Source: a virus (taxonomy: Duplodnaviria > Caudoviricetes). From it: a DNA stretch of 64,000 nucleotides. The stretch lies in IMG/VR virus record IMGVR_UViG_3300033233_001970. One strand, given 5' to 3'. Made by a program: the position numbers and the translations under genes. Position 1 is the stretch's first letter; each line of letters starts with the position of its first letter. Shown in pieces: positions 9,878 through 20,524 of the stretch. Under the pieces are notes generated by a model, which did not search any database, had not been told where the DNA came from, and saw only the letters and a program-made list of their open reading frames with translations.

Positions 9878-10490
9878 TCATCTCTCCGTGTTGAAAAATT
9901 GGATGACTTTTATGAGCTCGTCGCGCTCTTCTTGCTGAAATTCCTTCATGCGCTTTTGCGTCCGCGACGTCGGTAATACGATCGAACTCTTTGGCAGCGT
10001 ACGCTCCCATGTGTTTTTTGATGATGCGTCGCGCAATCTCTTTGTCGAGACTCGACTCATCGGAAGTAATGAGTGTATCGAGATCGTCAAAATCTCGCTT
10101 TCGACCTGCCGCAAGCTTCATCGCGGCGAGGTACTCGGGCCGCACGATGAGAAGGAGATCGTTGGGATCGTGCGGCAGCGGGTCGACAATCGCCGCCTCG
10201 TACAGACTCGTGTAGTCGTCGTCTCTGACCACGATATCGACCGGCGCACCGTTCGGAGCCTCGGTCTGTTCTCCGCCGAACGTCAGTGGCTTGACGTGCG
10301 GGAGGCCGGGAAGCAACCGCTCGGTCGCGAAGTCGACATCACCTGTCAGGCGATCGGATCCATAGAGCTGCATCGCGTAGCCGCCGATGAGCACGGCTCG
10401 GATTCCACTGATTTTGGCAATGGTCGCGATTTGGTTCGCGGCCTCCTCGAGCTCGTCAGGCGATAGGAATTTTTTCTTGGGGCCTGTCAT
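9878..10490 (-). CDS. nucleotidyltransferase (pol-beta superfamily), probable frameshift near 9955
   Basis: LIGGYAMQLYGSDRLTGDVDF and LAAMKLAAGRKRDFDD motifs; as sequenced it reads in-frame into the next gene. Confidence 0.7.
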
Positions 10491-10524
10491 GTTTCTTCCT
10501 GACCCCTGACGAGCTCGAAGAGTA

Positions 10525-10896
10525 TTACGAGCTTGCGGGGGTCGTGGTCGTTGGCGGAACCGTAATGAGTGGTGGAGGCGAGTTCGCTTCCTCTTCTTCC
10601 TCTTCTTCTTCCTCTTCTTCGGCAGCGGCAACGATCGCGTCGTATGCCTCGCCCATCGCTCTCAGAAATTCGTCTCTTGTGAGCCCTGCCTGGAACCCTT
10701 CATCGGACGTGAACTCTTGGAGATGCTGACGAGTCAGAGCATCCCAATCGTCTGCGGGGACGGCCGGGTACAAGCGGCCCATGATCTCGATGTCTTTCCA
10801 CACCGCATCGAGCTTCAGATCGATGTGGTCGCTCGCCGCCTCTTCTTCTTCGTCCTGCGAGATCTCGTTCAGGCTCTTGTTGAGTACGTTTCTCAT
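10525..10896 (-). CDS. acidic hypothetical protein with poly-Glu tract
   Basis: AAGGA RBS; poly-E then Pro/Thr tail. Confidence 0.6.
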   Translation of the reverse strand: MRNVLNKSLNEISQDEEEEAASDHIDLKLDAVWKDIEIMGRLYPAVPADDWDALTRQHLQEFTSDEGFQAGLTRDEFLRAMGEAYDAIVAAAEEEEEEEEEEEANSPPPLITVPPTTTTPASS

Positions 10897-11168
10897 CGGT
10901 TCTTTTCCTTTGCGAAGATTTTCGCTTTTGGAAGAGTAACCGATCTTGCATTACACGATCAAGATTCTGTTGCCGTTTGGAAAAAATGTCATCGCGCATC
11001 CATCTCCTCGCCGTCCCAACCTTGCTCGAGCACCAAGCTTTCATTTGTCGACTGAGCGTCTCCGTACACGTTGACGCTCGCCCGCGATCCTGAGTTTCTT
11101 GCCGCTGCGAAACGACATCAGCAAACGTCGCAACGCTTCGGCCTTCGTCGGGGCCATTCCGGCATCTT

Positions 11169-11765
11169 TCACCGGCTTCTTTCCACCGATGCCGCCAACC
11201 TGCCACCACCAGTCTCCGGCGGTTTCGTGTAGCCGAGCGCATCGGCGAGCTCCTTGAGCTTCTGTTCCGGCGTTCGGTAGTCAGTCTTGACGCCGCCCTT
11301 GCGTGCGTTTTTCATCCATATCGGGTCTTTATTCGGTCCTCGACGATTGAGAAGACGCATCGTGCGGTACATTTGCGCTCTTTCAGTAAGCTCTTCTTTT
11401 GTCAGTCCTTTAGAGCCGATTCCGGATCGAATTGTTGCGGCGAATTTTATAGCAAGTTCAGCCTGTAATTTCTTTACAACCAAGAAAGGCAAAACTCGAC
11501 ACAATACTGATTTAGCCTGATTGCTCCACAAGGACCAAATCCACGCTTGTTTCATATTTGGTCGCGAATCGCTATGTGGTGCGATATTGCCGAATCCGGT
11601 CACGGCGCAAAGATGATCCAATAAAGGACGACATGTATTTGTTACCGTAACTACAAGTGCAAAAGCGTATCCACCGCGAGATCGTTTACTCTTTTTGCGA
11701 GAAATCATGACGCAACCTTCGCCGTCAAGAATACCGGCCAGATAAGCGTCATCAGTGTGTTTCAT
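11169..11765 (-). CDS. LAGLIDADG homing endonuclease
   Basis: AYLAGILDGEGCV...VTVTNT...LPFLVVKKLQAELA; locally AT-richer sequence. Confidence 0.9.
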   Translation of the reverse strand: MKHTDDAYLAGILDGEGCVMISRKKSKRSRGGYAFALVVTVTNTCRPLLDHLCAVTGFGNIAPHSDSRPNMKQAWIWSLWSNQAKSVLCRVLPFLVVKKLQAELAIKFAATIRSGIGSKGLTKEELTERAQMYRTMRLLNRRGPNKDPIWMKNARKGGVKTDYRTPEQKLKELADALGYTKPPETGGGRLAASVERSR

Positions 11766-11792
11766 CGTAGTGCCTCGTCGCGGGTCATGGTG

Positions 11793-12767
11793 TCACGGCA
11801 GGCAGCAGAATGTGATGGGTGTTGCGGGCTGCACGTCGCCCGTCGCCGTCACGCTCGACGCCGCGCACGAGCCGCCGCTCGACGAGGCGTTGTACTTGTA
11901 CGCCACGTTGTAAATGCTCGTTACCGTGACGCACTGGCCGAAGTTATTCGTTGTGTAGCCGGCGCCTCCGGTGCAGCCCTGAGTACCGAACACGTCGATT
12001 GACCCACCGCACGTCACGCTCGTCGGATTCCCGCACGTACACGTTGTACACGCTCGGCCGTCTGTAATTCCACCGTATTCGAGATGCTTTTCCGTGTACG
12101 GCCCAACGGGGCACGATCCCGCGCCATCGTGACGGACGCACGCGCGAAACGGCGTACGAAGCGACGGAAGACAGAGATCGGAGCCGCCGCATCCCATCGA
12201 CGTCGGCATCGTGAACGGCGCGCACGAGAGAGCTCGTTCGTCCCACGAGACGGTCGGCTTCGACACGGATGGTGTCACCAAGCAGCTTCCACCTTGCGCT
12301 GTCGTATCTGCTTTGATGACGAGATTGGATTGGCCCTGGAGCGGCGCTCCGGTCATGCACGTTCCACTTGAAACGGTTGCGGTGCTTCCGTTTGTGCACG
12401 TCGTTCCTTGAAAGTTCACCGTTGCGGAGCATTGCGTCCCGCTCGGAACCCCGCACGTGCATCCACACGCCGCCGGCCCCGCGTGGAGCCCGCTCCCCGA
12501 CGTCGATTTCCCGCCCTCGTAGCCCGTGTCGCACGCGGTCGGTACCGTCGCGCCGATCGCGACTGCGAACGGCCCGAGCCAGCCTGAAGGAGCGGCCGGA
12601 AGGCATTGCCCCGCAGGGCACGCTTGCGCGTCGTAGGTCGGCGAGGCGTCGCGCGGGAGACCGATGGCGTCGGAGCCTGCGTCGCTTGAGCCCGCGTCGC
12701 CCTCGGCTGCCGTAAATGCCTCGCCGCCGCAACCGAGGAGAAATGGGAGGATGGGCCACAGTTTCAT
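11793..12767 (-). CDS. Cys-rich lipoprotein of myxobacterial type
   Basis: Lipobox-like LLGC, DAG-repeat linker, CxxCxC motifs, ends TFCCLP. Confidence 0.75.
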   Translation of the reverse strand: MKLWPILPFLLGCGGEAFTAAEGDAGSSDAGSDAIGLPRDASPTYDAQACPAGQCLPAAPSGWLGPFAVAIGATVPTACDTGYEGGKSTSGSGLHAGPAACGCTCGVPSGTQCSATVNFQGTTCTNGSTATVSSGTCMTGAPLQGQSNLVIKADTTAQGGSCLVTPSVSKPTVSWDERALSCAPFTMPTSMGCGGSDLCLPSLRTPFRACVRHDGAGSCPVGPYTEKHLEYGGITDGRACTTCTCGNPTSVTCGGSIDVFGTQGCTGGAGYTTNNFGQCVTVTSIYNVAYKYNASSSGGSCAASSVTATGDVQPATPITFCCLP

Positions 12768-13036
12768 GGCTTGTCTTTCTTTTCGTCGAGCTCTTTGAGC
12801 GTGTTGATGAGATATTTTCGAAGCAGCGCCGTCGCCTGCTGCTTTCCTGTCGCAGCGTCGGGCGCATTTTCTTTGAGCGTCCGATCACACACACGTACGA
12901 CGTAGCCTGGTTTCTGACGATCCGTGGACCACGCCACCGACATGCGGAATGGTCCGACGGTTTTTGAGTAGCAGTTGTACTGCTCGCTCCAACCATCGTC
13001 GTCTACGGTTCGTTCGAGAGTGGGCCATTTCGCCAT
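12764..13036 (-). CDS. hypothetical protein
   Basis: AAGGTG RBS, TGATG/ATGA coupling. Confidence 0.6.
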   Translation of the reverse strand: MAKWPTLERTVDDDGWSEQYNCYSKTVGPFRMSVAWSTDRQKPGYVVRVCDRTLKENAPDAATGKQQATALLRKYLINTLKELDEKKDKP

Positions 13037-13410
13037 CACGTCACCTTGATTCCTCGAATTTGCGTAGTGGGCGGCCAGATGACGGCGACGCATTTTCCGT
13101 AACTCGAGTTCAATGAGCTTGAGTTCATTTTTCGGAGCTCTTCTTTCGCGGCCCGCACACAAGCTTCTTTGGATCCGAAACCTTGACTGCAAACGAACGT
13201 GTGGCCGTATTGGTCGAAACCTTCGTACTCCCAGCCGCCTTGATCGGTGCTGATGGTTTTGACGGTACGAATGGGTTTCTTGGGCGGCGTGTACGGCTTT
13301 CCTTCCCATTCGCAGTCGGGATAATCGCCGCACCTTTTCTTGAGCTTTCGATCCTTGCACCAAAGGGTCGAGAGACTGTGGCCGCACTGAGGACAGGTTT
13401 TCTCGTTCAC
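13036..13410 (-). CDS. Zn-ribbon hypothetical protein
   Basis: CPQCG...CGDYPDCEW (topoisomerase C4-like ribbon). Confidence 0.6.
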   Translation of the reverse strand: MNEKTCPQCGHSLSTLWCKDRKLKKRCGDYPDCEWEGKPYTPPKKPIRTVKTISTDQGGWEYEGFDQYGHTFVCSQGFGSKEACVRAAKEELRKMNSSSLNSSYGKCVAVIWPPTTQIRGIKVT

Positions 13411-13412
13411 GG

Positions 13413-14267
13413 CTAGCTACTCCAATGCAGGTAAAACTCCTCCGGCTTCTCCTGCGACAAAACCCATTCGCACATCTCGACGACGATTTCGGTGGCTTGC
13501 CGGTACCACTTCGATCCTTCGTCGTTCTCGACGACGAGGTAGGCGCCGCGTAGATCACCGAATCTCGAGACGCCAGGAATGATGCCGCGAACGGGGAAGG
13601 CTTCTTTTCGGAAACAGAAAGTACCTTCTCGGTTCGAGTAGCTCATGAAATCTTCGTCCTGAATCTTCGACTCTTGCTTCTTCCGTTTCTCGGCCAGAAA
13701 AACCTTGAGAGCTTTTTCTGTGGTGTCGATCGCTGAAGATGACGACGGGTCGAGCAAATTGGGGAACGATTCGATGACGTAATAGGATCCGTTCTCCGCG
13801 ATGTGTTTCGCGTAGGCGTCACGGATCTCGATGGCTCGCTTGTGGCATTTTCCCCAGTTGGGCGAGAACCTGTACTCGTCGTTCGGTTCGAACACGTAGT
13901 AGAGGTTCTTACCCTCTCCGAGCACGTCGTCGAGAACGTGATTGATGCCGCCCGAGTTGTAGGACGATCGCAGATAGCCGATCTTGAACATGTGCTCTGG
14001 ATGAACCTTCGAGTCGATGTCCTTGATCTTTTCCTCGAGCCCGATGGCTGCACCATATTCGTCGAGCCCAGCGGCCCCGTATGCCTCTTTCTTGGCGTCG
14101 AAGTAGGATTTGTGCTGGTCTTCTTTCAGATCCTCGAACTTCGACGCGCCGAACGCTTTGAGGACGGCAGCGGCGATTTGCTCCGACTTGGCTTCGGCCT
14201 GCGTCTCGAGCTTTTCGACCTCGGCAATGGGTCGCGTGATTCGATAGAGATAGACGTCCAAACCCAT
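13413..14267 (-). CDS. conserved phage protein (MGLDVYLY... family)
   Basis: AAGGGG RBS; MGLDxYLY start, IGYLRSSYN, FYLHWSS end. Confidence 0.75.
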   Translation of the reverse strand: MGLDVYLYRITRPIAEVEKLETQAEAKSEQIAAAVLKAFGASKFEDLKEDQHKSYFDAKKEAYGAAGLDEYGAAIGLEEKIKDIDSKVHPEHMFKIGYLRSSYNSGGINHVLDDVLGEGKNLYYVFEPNDEYRFSPNWGKCHKRAIEIRDAYAKHIAENGSYYVIESFPNLLDPSSSSAIDTTEKALKVFLAEKRKKQESKIQDEDFMSYSNREGTFCFRKEAFPVRGIIPGVSRFGDLRGAYLVVENDEGSKWYRQATEIVVEMCEWVLSQEKPEEFYLHWSS

Positions 14268-14990
14268 GGCTTTCCCCTTTAGATGATTGGCCAGTACGTG
14301 TCTTCGTTCCAGTTCGGAGCTTTTGACTTCTTTTCGAAGCAGTTCCAGATGTCCTCGCCGATGATTAGCTCTAATACTTCGGTCCCGGCAAATTTGAACA
14401 CTGGTTTGGGCGTCGGCTTACCGTTCTCCCAGATCAAAACTTGACCCTGGGTCGGCGAGGCAGCGTAGACGCGGTTCGGCTTGTACGTCTGTCGCCAGTT
14501 TCCAGTCGAAGACCACTCCGGCCTTCAGCATGTCATTGAACGCTTCGATGGCACTCATCGCCCTGCACGCAGCTCTTCGTCGAGCGTGTTGCAGTGTTCG
14601 CAATCGCAACCGAGGCTGCAAAATCCTAACGCCACCGCCGATCGTTCGTCTTCGGCCATGGCCTCGGCGTAGTCGTCGAAGACCGGATCGAGCAGGAGAG
14701 ATCGAATCAACTCGTCCTTGTCCATTTATTCCCCCACACGAAATCGCAGCACACCGATTCTTCGTTCGCAAAGCATCACACTTTGCATCCACGACACGAG
14801 CAACCGAAGGCTTCGTATCCGCCGTATGGATGCACTTGATTTCTAAACTTCGCCGATTCTCTTTTTCGTACCACCACTCGCCAACATCCAGGATGGTAGG
14901 CCCGCCCGTCCTTCATCTCGCACTTACGCTGCACGCGTTTCTTGCAATACGCGCAGTAGTCGAGCGGATTGCTTCCGGGCGGAATCGCGC

Positions 14991-15251
14991 TCACCTGGAG
15001 TTTTCTCTTTCCTCTTGCTTGCGTTCCTCTCGTTCCTCTCTTGCGTCGGCGAGCACCTTACGAAGTTCCTTATGTTCAGAGATCCATCGATTGAGCGTCG
15101 TGCGGCCGATGTTGAGCGCGAACGCCGTCGCCTTGACATCACCTTCGTTATTTCTGATGGCCTTTGACACGATTCGGATGGCCTGTTCGTCGTCGTTGAC
15201 CCAACAGGCGCTTAGTTGTGGATTGTTGCTTCCTACGAATGCGTGCCGCAT
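14991..15251 (-). CDS. Fis-type HTH DNA-binding protein
   Basis: KAIRNNEGDVKATAFALNIGRTTLNRWI. Confidence 0.8.
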   Translation of the reverse strand: MRHAFVGSNNPQLSACWVNDDEQAIRIVSKAIRNNEGDVKATAFALNIGRTTLNRWISEHKELRKVLADAREEREERKQEERENSR

Positions 15252-15431
15252 TTGATATTCCTTTGGTCTTAGGTTCCGCTTCGAAAAAGAGCGCGAAGTC
15301 CTCGAACGTAGGCACAACCGCGATGGGCGTGTCGGCGTGGTAGGAAAGTAGTACGCGCCTGTCGTCGATACCTTGACAGTATAGGCGAACCCCTACGTCT
15401 GTTTCGATGTACCACTTTCCTTCGACGGCCT

Positions 15432-15638
15432 TCATTGCGATCCCTTCGCGAGCATGATCGCGTTCCATACTTTGATGCGCATTCGTTTCGCCGCTGCGAG
15501 CTGCGCGTGATGTCCGCCCACGACGCCGGCCAAATCACTGTCATCGCCGACGAACGCTAAATCGAGAATATTCGCCAACGCGCGGAGCTCGGCTGCGGTC
15601 AAGTTGATGCGCAGCGGGTAGGGGTAATCCTTCGACAT
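15432..15638 (-). CDS. hypothetical protein
   Basis: Operon packing. Confidence 0.55.
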   Translation of the reverse strand: MSKDYPYPLRINLTAAELRALANILDLAFVGDDSDLAGVVGGHHAQLAAAKRMRIKVWNAIMLAKGSQ

Positions 15639-15643
15639 TTTTT

Positions 15644-15916
15644 TTACATGCGACGGATTGTTACCGATGAGCCTTTCGGAAGCAGAAAACTCTTTGCTCT
15701 CCAGTTGAGCGTAGGTACCGAGTATTCCACTTCGATGAGCTCACCCTCTTTCACCAATTCTTCGACGAGAGTAGGGATGTCTTGCTCGATTCGGCTCAAC
15801 AGATCCACACCGGACTGTTCCAGGTAGACCACGAGTTGTGTGGCCTTGCAGCCTTGATTCGAAACGATCGCGTCGACGATCGATTTCTTAGCCTCTTCCT
15901 TGGTGAGCTTGGTCAT
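15644..15916 (-). CDS. hypothetical protein, possible winged helix
   Basis: IVDAIVSNQGCKATQLV...VEELVKEGELIEVEY. Confidence 0.6.
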   Translation of the reverse strand: MTKLTKEEAKKSIVDAIVSNQGCKATQLVVYLEQSGVDLLSRIEQDIPTLVEELVKEGELIEVEYSVPTLNWRAKSFLLPKGSSVTIRRM

Positions 15917-15920
15917 TGCT

Positions 15921-16241
15921 TTAGAACCCCACCGGCTCGCAGTCCGGTTCTTCTTCCTTGCCGCTCCAAACGGCGATCATCTCTTTTTCGGATTCAGTCG
16001 CCGGCTTGATCCGAACGGGCGTTCCGTCATGGATGTGCGGATATGCTTCGTGCGCCCATCGGGTAGCGAGCGCCTCGATTGTGAGCGTCTCATCGATGGA
16101 GTGTTCCTTCGCCCACTCGAGAAGTGATTCGGTCGAGACGATCGACCACTTCTTTCGCTTGCGGGTGTCGATTTTGACGGTCGCAACCAACTGCTCCATC
16201 TCGCGCATCGCTTTTTCTTTGGGATTGACTTCGGTAGGCAT
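15921..16241 (-). CDS. hypothetical protein
   Basis: AAGGA RBS, operon packing. Confidence 0.55.
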   Translation of the reverse strand: MPTEVNPKEKAMREMEQLVATVKIDTRKRKKWSIVSTESLLEWAKEHSIDETLTIEALATRWAHEAYPHIHDGTPVRIKPATESEKEMIAVWSGKEEEPDCEPVGF

Positions 16242-16244
16242 GGG

Positions 16245-16496
16245 TCATTCCTTTTCTTGGACCTGTTGGCGAGCTTCTTTCTCTTCGGTCGCGCGTGCCG
16301 CGACCTTTCGACTGCGAGCTCGCGTGCCATACTTGACGATTTTTCGGAGCTTGTGAATGCTTTTGCTTGGCCGTTTGTCGATGGTCTGCCGTGCGGTGGT
16401 CTGCCCGACCCATTCTGGCGGAACTTCGACGAGCTTGCCTCGTCGCATCCGGTAGACCTTGCCGTCTTTTCGAATCGCCTTCACTGGCTTACCCAT
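16245..16496 (-). CDS. basic hypothetical protein
   Basis: GAGGG RBS; K/R-rich. Confidence 0.55.
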   Translation of the reverse strand: MGKPVKAIRKDGKVYRMRRGKLVEVPPEWVGQTTARQTIDKRPSKSIHKLRKIVKYGTRARSRKVAARATEEKEARQQVQEKE

Positions 16497-16726
16497 CCAT
16501 CCCTCTTTGCTCGTTCGAGCTCATCCCGATCTTCGACGATGCCAGGCCCGGTCCGCTGTCCTTCTGTGATCGCGGATTCGACCTCGGACAGATCGATGTG
16601 AATCGGATTCCCGTCGTTCACGCCTTCCTCGTCCACGAGCGTAAAGTACCCGCGATGAGGTTGCCATTGCCAGATCGGGCCGCAAAAGAGGCGGCCGTCT
16701 TTCATTTTGACGATGGTGTTGTGCAT
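16481..16726 (-). CDS. hypothetical protein
   Basis: AGGAGG RBS. Confidence 0.6.
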   Translation of the reverse strand: MHNTIVKMKDGRLFCGPIWQWQPHRGYFTLVDEEGVNDGNPIHIDLSEVESAITEGQRTGPGIVEDRDELERAKRDGWVSQ

Positions 16727-18004
16727 GGTCAGCCTCCTTTCACACCTCTCTGTTCGAGAAAATGCGGCAGCTCGCTGAGCATCTGAGCTTCACCGGCGCG
16801 CGCGACGGCGAAGGCCGCTTTCGAAATGACGCTATAGTAGTCGCTCCGGTTCAGAGCCTTGATGGCTGCTTGAAAGAAAACCCGAATGTCCGCCCTTGCG
16901 TTTCTTTCTTGCGCGCGAAGCTCGCGCTCCAGTTTTGATATTTTCTTCACGCGTACCTCCCGAATCCAGGTTCTCCGCGTTTCGGAGGAAGATGGTTGCC
17001 GCATTGCGAGCAAACAGGGCCTTTGATATATCGCGATCGACAACTCGGGCAATATTCGTAGTCTTTCCATGAAATAGGTTTCGATACATGCCGCGAGCGT
17101 CGAGCGATCTTTGGCGCAGGTTCCAAAATGACTTGCGCGCTTCACGATGCTGCCGTCCGCGACCGTCTGATCGACGTTGATGCCGCAGGCGGTGTCGAGG
17201 CGGGTGACGTCGAAACGTTTGGTACCGATCGCTCCCTTGTAATTCGGTAGGTAGTGCACCGTCAACGGCTCTTCCTGCCGTGGAATGATTTGGTAAAGAC
17301 GTCCTTGGTATTCGAGGATGGTTGGTCCTTTTTTCATGCCGTAGACGCTCATGGCTGACTCTCTAGTACGCAATGATTGCAACTACCATGGTGCCGATTG
17401 CAGCGAAGCCGCATAGAACGAAGAGACCTACAACGATTCTCGAAATCATGTCCTCTCGTTCACACGTAGAGCATGGGTTTCGTCCATGCTCGCACACGGG
17501 ACCGGGCGGCAACGGCGTCGGCGCAGGTTTCGGCCTCATGACTGACTCCTTGCGCGCGCCGGATCTTGACGCGCGAGCTCCGTCACGACGCGACGTCGTT
17601 TTCGTTTCAGCGCGCGCCGAAGTCGTTTCTTGCACGGTCGCGTCGGATGATTTTCGTTCTTCGAGCGCACGTCCACGCGAAAGCCGTTTGCTCCGAGAAC
17701 TTCGTCGCAGCCGTACAGACGAGTGGTTTCTTTCACGATTTCCTACCGCGCCTCGGAACCGACTTTTCGTGCTCGGCAATGGCGGCGTACGTTTCGCAAT
17801 CCGAAAAACCGCGTACCCAGCCTCCCGCCGCGTCCAGCGACGTGAAGTAGAACTTGGCATCGACGTTGAAGCCGTAGCGGGTAAATCGCTTGGATTTTGG
17901 ATCAGGTTTCAGGATCACCTGATCGGATCCCAGTTCCACGACCCATCCGGATCGTTTGAGATACGCCAAAGAATTCTCTACCAAACGAGCGTCTTCCAGA
18001 GAAA

Positions 18005-18589
18005 TCATGATGCTTCCTCTTCCGCAGGCTTGGTTTCGACGGCTTCGGCCTCGACGGGCAACGCTTCGACTTTGGTTTCGGCAGGCTTGATCTCGACAGG
18101 CTTCACCTTCGCCTTTTTCTGAGGAGGCGGTGACATTTCTTTCACGTGAACCCTGGGAATGAGCATTTTGGTTTGTATGCCGCCGATCTTCACTTCGCAA
18201 AGAAGATTTCCGCCACGCACCAAAATCACCTTGATCGGCTTCAGACGATCGAGCATGTCGTAACGACTCTTCCACTTCTTGAGAATCATGACCTGTGCGT
18301 CTTCTTCGACGACCGCGCCGCCAAGGGTTCCCTTCGCCGGCCTCCAGTTGGCCGGTACCAAGCCCAGTCTCCGGATCGTGTCGAGCAGATTGTTGTGGGC
18401 GCGCTCCGCAGCGGCAACAATGGAAGCGTTGGGCAGCTTGTAGCTTTTCATCCTGGCGATGTGCTTGCTCAGTCGTTTGGCCATGCGATCGAGCCTCGTG
18501 CTCAGGGCCTTCACCGGACCCATTGCGTAGAGGTACTCCCCGGACTTGCGGGTCGAGTGCACGGCACGACCTTGTTTCCCCTTGGTCAT
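18005..18589 (-). CDS. hypothetical protein (helical N-terminus, beta-rich C-terminus)
   Basis: AAGGAG RBS; first gene after promoter at 18630-18658. Confidence 0.65.
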   Translation of the reverse strand: MTKGKQGRAVHSTRKSGEYLYAMGPVKALSTRLDRMAKRLSKHIARMKSYKLPNASIVAAAERAHNNLLDTIRRLGLVPANWRPAKGTLGGAVVEEDAQVMILKKWKSRYDMLDRLKPIKVILVRGGNLLCEVKIGGIQTKMLIPRVHVKEMSPPPQKKAKVKPVEIKPAETKVEALPVEAEAVETKPAEEEAS

Positions 18590-18629
18590 GCTTACTCCTT
18601 TGGTTCCTGTTTTCTCGCGTGTCCCGTTA

Positions 18630-18658
18630 TCAGTACATCTCCGATCCGACAATGTCAA
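18630..18658 (-). promoter_or_regulatory. sigma70-type promoter TTGACA-N17-TACTGA
   Basis: Perfect -35, 17-nt spacing, followed by GGGACACG as in the 27063/29027 promoters. Confidence 0.7.
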
Positions 18659-19396
18659 CCTTTGTCAGTCGGAAATCAGACGCGCTTTGCGTTTGCGAGC
18701 CGCTGCGAGCCGCGCGCGCCCACGTCGTCTCGCCTCGGTCGTGCCGCGTGGCGGACGATCGGGCTCGCTCGCGTCGATGAGGCGCACACGCACACGGCGA
18801 GGCGCTGCGTCACGAAGTCGCTTGAGGAGCCGCTCGGCGGCGGGACGCTGCTGAAAGCTCCAGGTGATATCGTAGCGACCCGTTACGAAGTCGAAGCCGC
18901 TGCCTTCGCCGTTATGCGTGGCGGCGACGATGACGAGTTTCCTGCGCAGAACGTAGTCGGCACCCTTCCAACTTGCTTCGATGATGTAGCTTTTCACGGT
19001 TTCATCGCTTTCTTTGCCATGCCGACGAGAGCGGCAAGTTCCGCGCGGTGTGATTCGCACCACTTCGCGTTTCTTAGCGCCGCGTCGTAGTTACCGAAAT
19101 GTTTCTTGCCCTCCGCCATGGCGATACCCGTCACCGCGCCCATCAGGTAGAGGCGATCCAGCGGAACCTTCGGCAAATTGCACGCGGGACAGTTCATGGA
19201 ATGACGCAGCCGCCACCACCATCTTTGCAGCACGATGGTAATTCCGGAAAGTATTCTGTCGCCGGCAAGAGCCCGATCGATAACATTTCGTCGGGCACTT
19301 CTTTGTGGATAGCTTCGAAAAATTCGTCTGCGATCCGATCGGCGTCTTCTTTGGAATCAGCGCGGATGACGACTTCGATCTTGGCGATGTACCGAG

Positions 19397-19804
19397 TCAT
19401 TTGTCGTCTTCTTCGTCCTCGTCCTCGTCGTCGTCCTCGTCTTCGTCTTCGTCGTCTTCCCCGCCGTCTTCGCCGCCGATGAACTCGATTTCCTCCTCCT
19501 CCTCCTCCTCTTCCTCTTCTTCGATGTCACACTCGACAGGCTCGCCGCGATTGTAGCGCTGCGTGATTTCCTTCGCTTTCGTGAAGATCTCGATGAGCTC
19601 GTCGATTTGCGGAATGTCCGCCGCGAGCTCGATGCACCCGTCGGATTCGTCCTCGTCGGCGGTGGCGTCCTCGACGGTGAGCACAAGCTCGTGTCCAGGT
19701 TTCTCGACGTCGAGGCGCACGATGAGCGCTTCGTCTTCCGTGACCCAACGCTTGAAGAGCGGGGGAACGGCGGGAGCCTTCTTTTTTTTCGCTTCAGCGG
19801 CCAT
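19397..19804 (-). CDS. highly acidic hypothetical protein
   Basis: C-terminal third almost entirely D/E. Confidence 0.7.
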   Translation of the reverse strand: MAAEAKKKKAPAVPPLFKRWVTEDEALIVRLDVEKPGHELVLTVEDATADEDESDGCIELAADIPQIDELIEIFTKAKEITQRYNRGEPVECDIEEEEEEEEEEEIEFIGGEDGGEDDEDEDEDDDEDEDEEDDK

Positions 19805-19831
19805 GTGATTTCTCTTTCTGGTTGTACTGCG

Positions 19832-20311
19832 TTACCGAACGGCCTGCGGGATGCCGTGCCTCAGCAAGCCGATTTTCTTGGCGTGCGTCAAGCGTTCTTG
19901 GAGAACTTTGCGACGATTGGTTCGGGTTAGATATCCGAACGATTCGCCGTCTTCGACAATATAATCACGATTTTTCTCTACCCAGAACGTTGCGTACTCC
20001 CATCCGAAAAATTCCCAATCATCGGCGTGATTCGGATCTTTCTTGGACGTGAAAACATGTCCCATTTCGTGGACGACTCCAGGCCATTCCGAACTATTTG
20101 TGCAGTATATTTTTTTCTTGCTCCACAGGATACCCAAGCCACTCGTAAATGGTGCTCCGTAGAAGTCTTTTCGGTACGGGCCGTCGGCAATGCAGTAGTC
20201 ACGGTCAATGCCGCTGACCCTGTCGTACATCTCGTTCGTTACCTGAACGATGTCGCCACCCCAGGCTATCGCTCGTCGGCGAAGCGCGCTGATGGTTTGC
20301 TCGTTGTTCAT
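19832..20311 (-). CDS. hypothetical protein with HExxH motif
   Basis: VVHEMGHV. Confidence 0.55.
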   Translation of the reverse strand: MNNEQTISALRRRAIAWGGDIVQVTNEMYDRVSGIDRDYCIADGPYRKDFYGAPFTSGLGILWSKKKIYCTNSSEWPGVVHEMGHVFTSKKDPNHADDWEFFGWEYATFWVEKNRDYIVEDGESFGYLTRTNRRKVLQERLTHAKKIGLLRHGIPQAVR

Positions 20312-20524
20312 TTGTCTCGAGGATTCCTTTTGAAGACATGAACCTTCGACGGTGATGTGTTCTTACGTAACTTCGCGTGGCACGCCGTACACCGTCCTGC
20401 CCTGTCTCCGTGAAGAACGCGGCATGCGCACTCGAGCCGAGATCGTTTTCGGAGCCGGCAAACGCAAAGTGTTCGACCGAAGGTGCATGTCCACTTTGGA
20501 ATCATGGCAATGATCAGAAAAGTC

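Noticed and set aside
9210-10631. Single 473-aa fusion protein
   Set aside because: An internal RBS and start at 9875, and a likely indel near 9955, indicate two genes; the K/R-rich N-terminus is the shadow of the upstream poly-Glu tract.
16913-16934. Partial match (18/22) of CRISPR spacer 2 to the - strand
   Set aside because: Both encode a common LERE(L/I)RA peptide in GC-rich codons; mismatches are at the spacer 5' end and the rest does not align. No full self-targeting spacer was seen by eye (not an exhaustive search).
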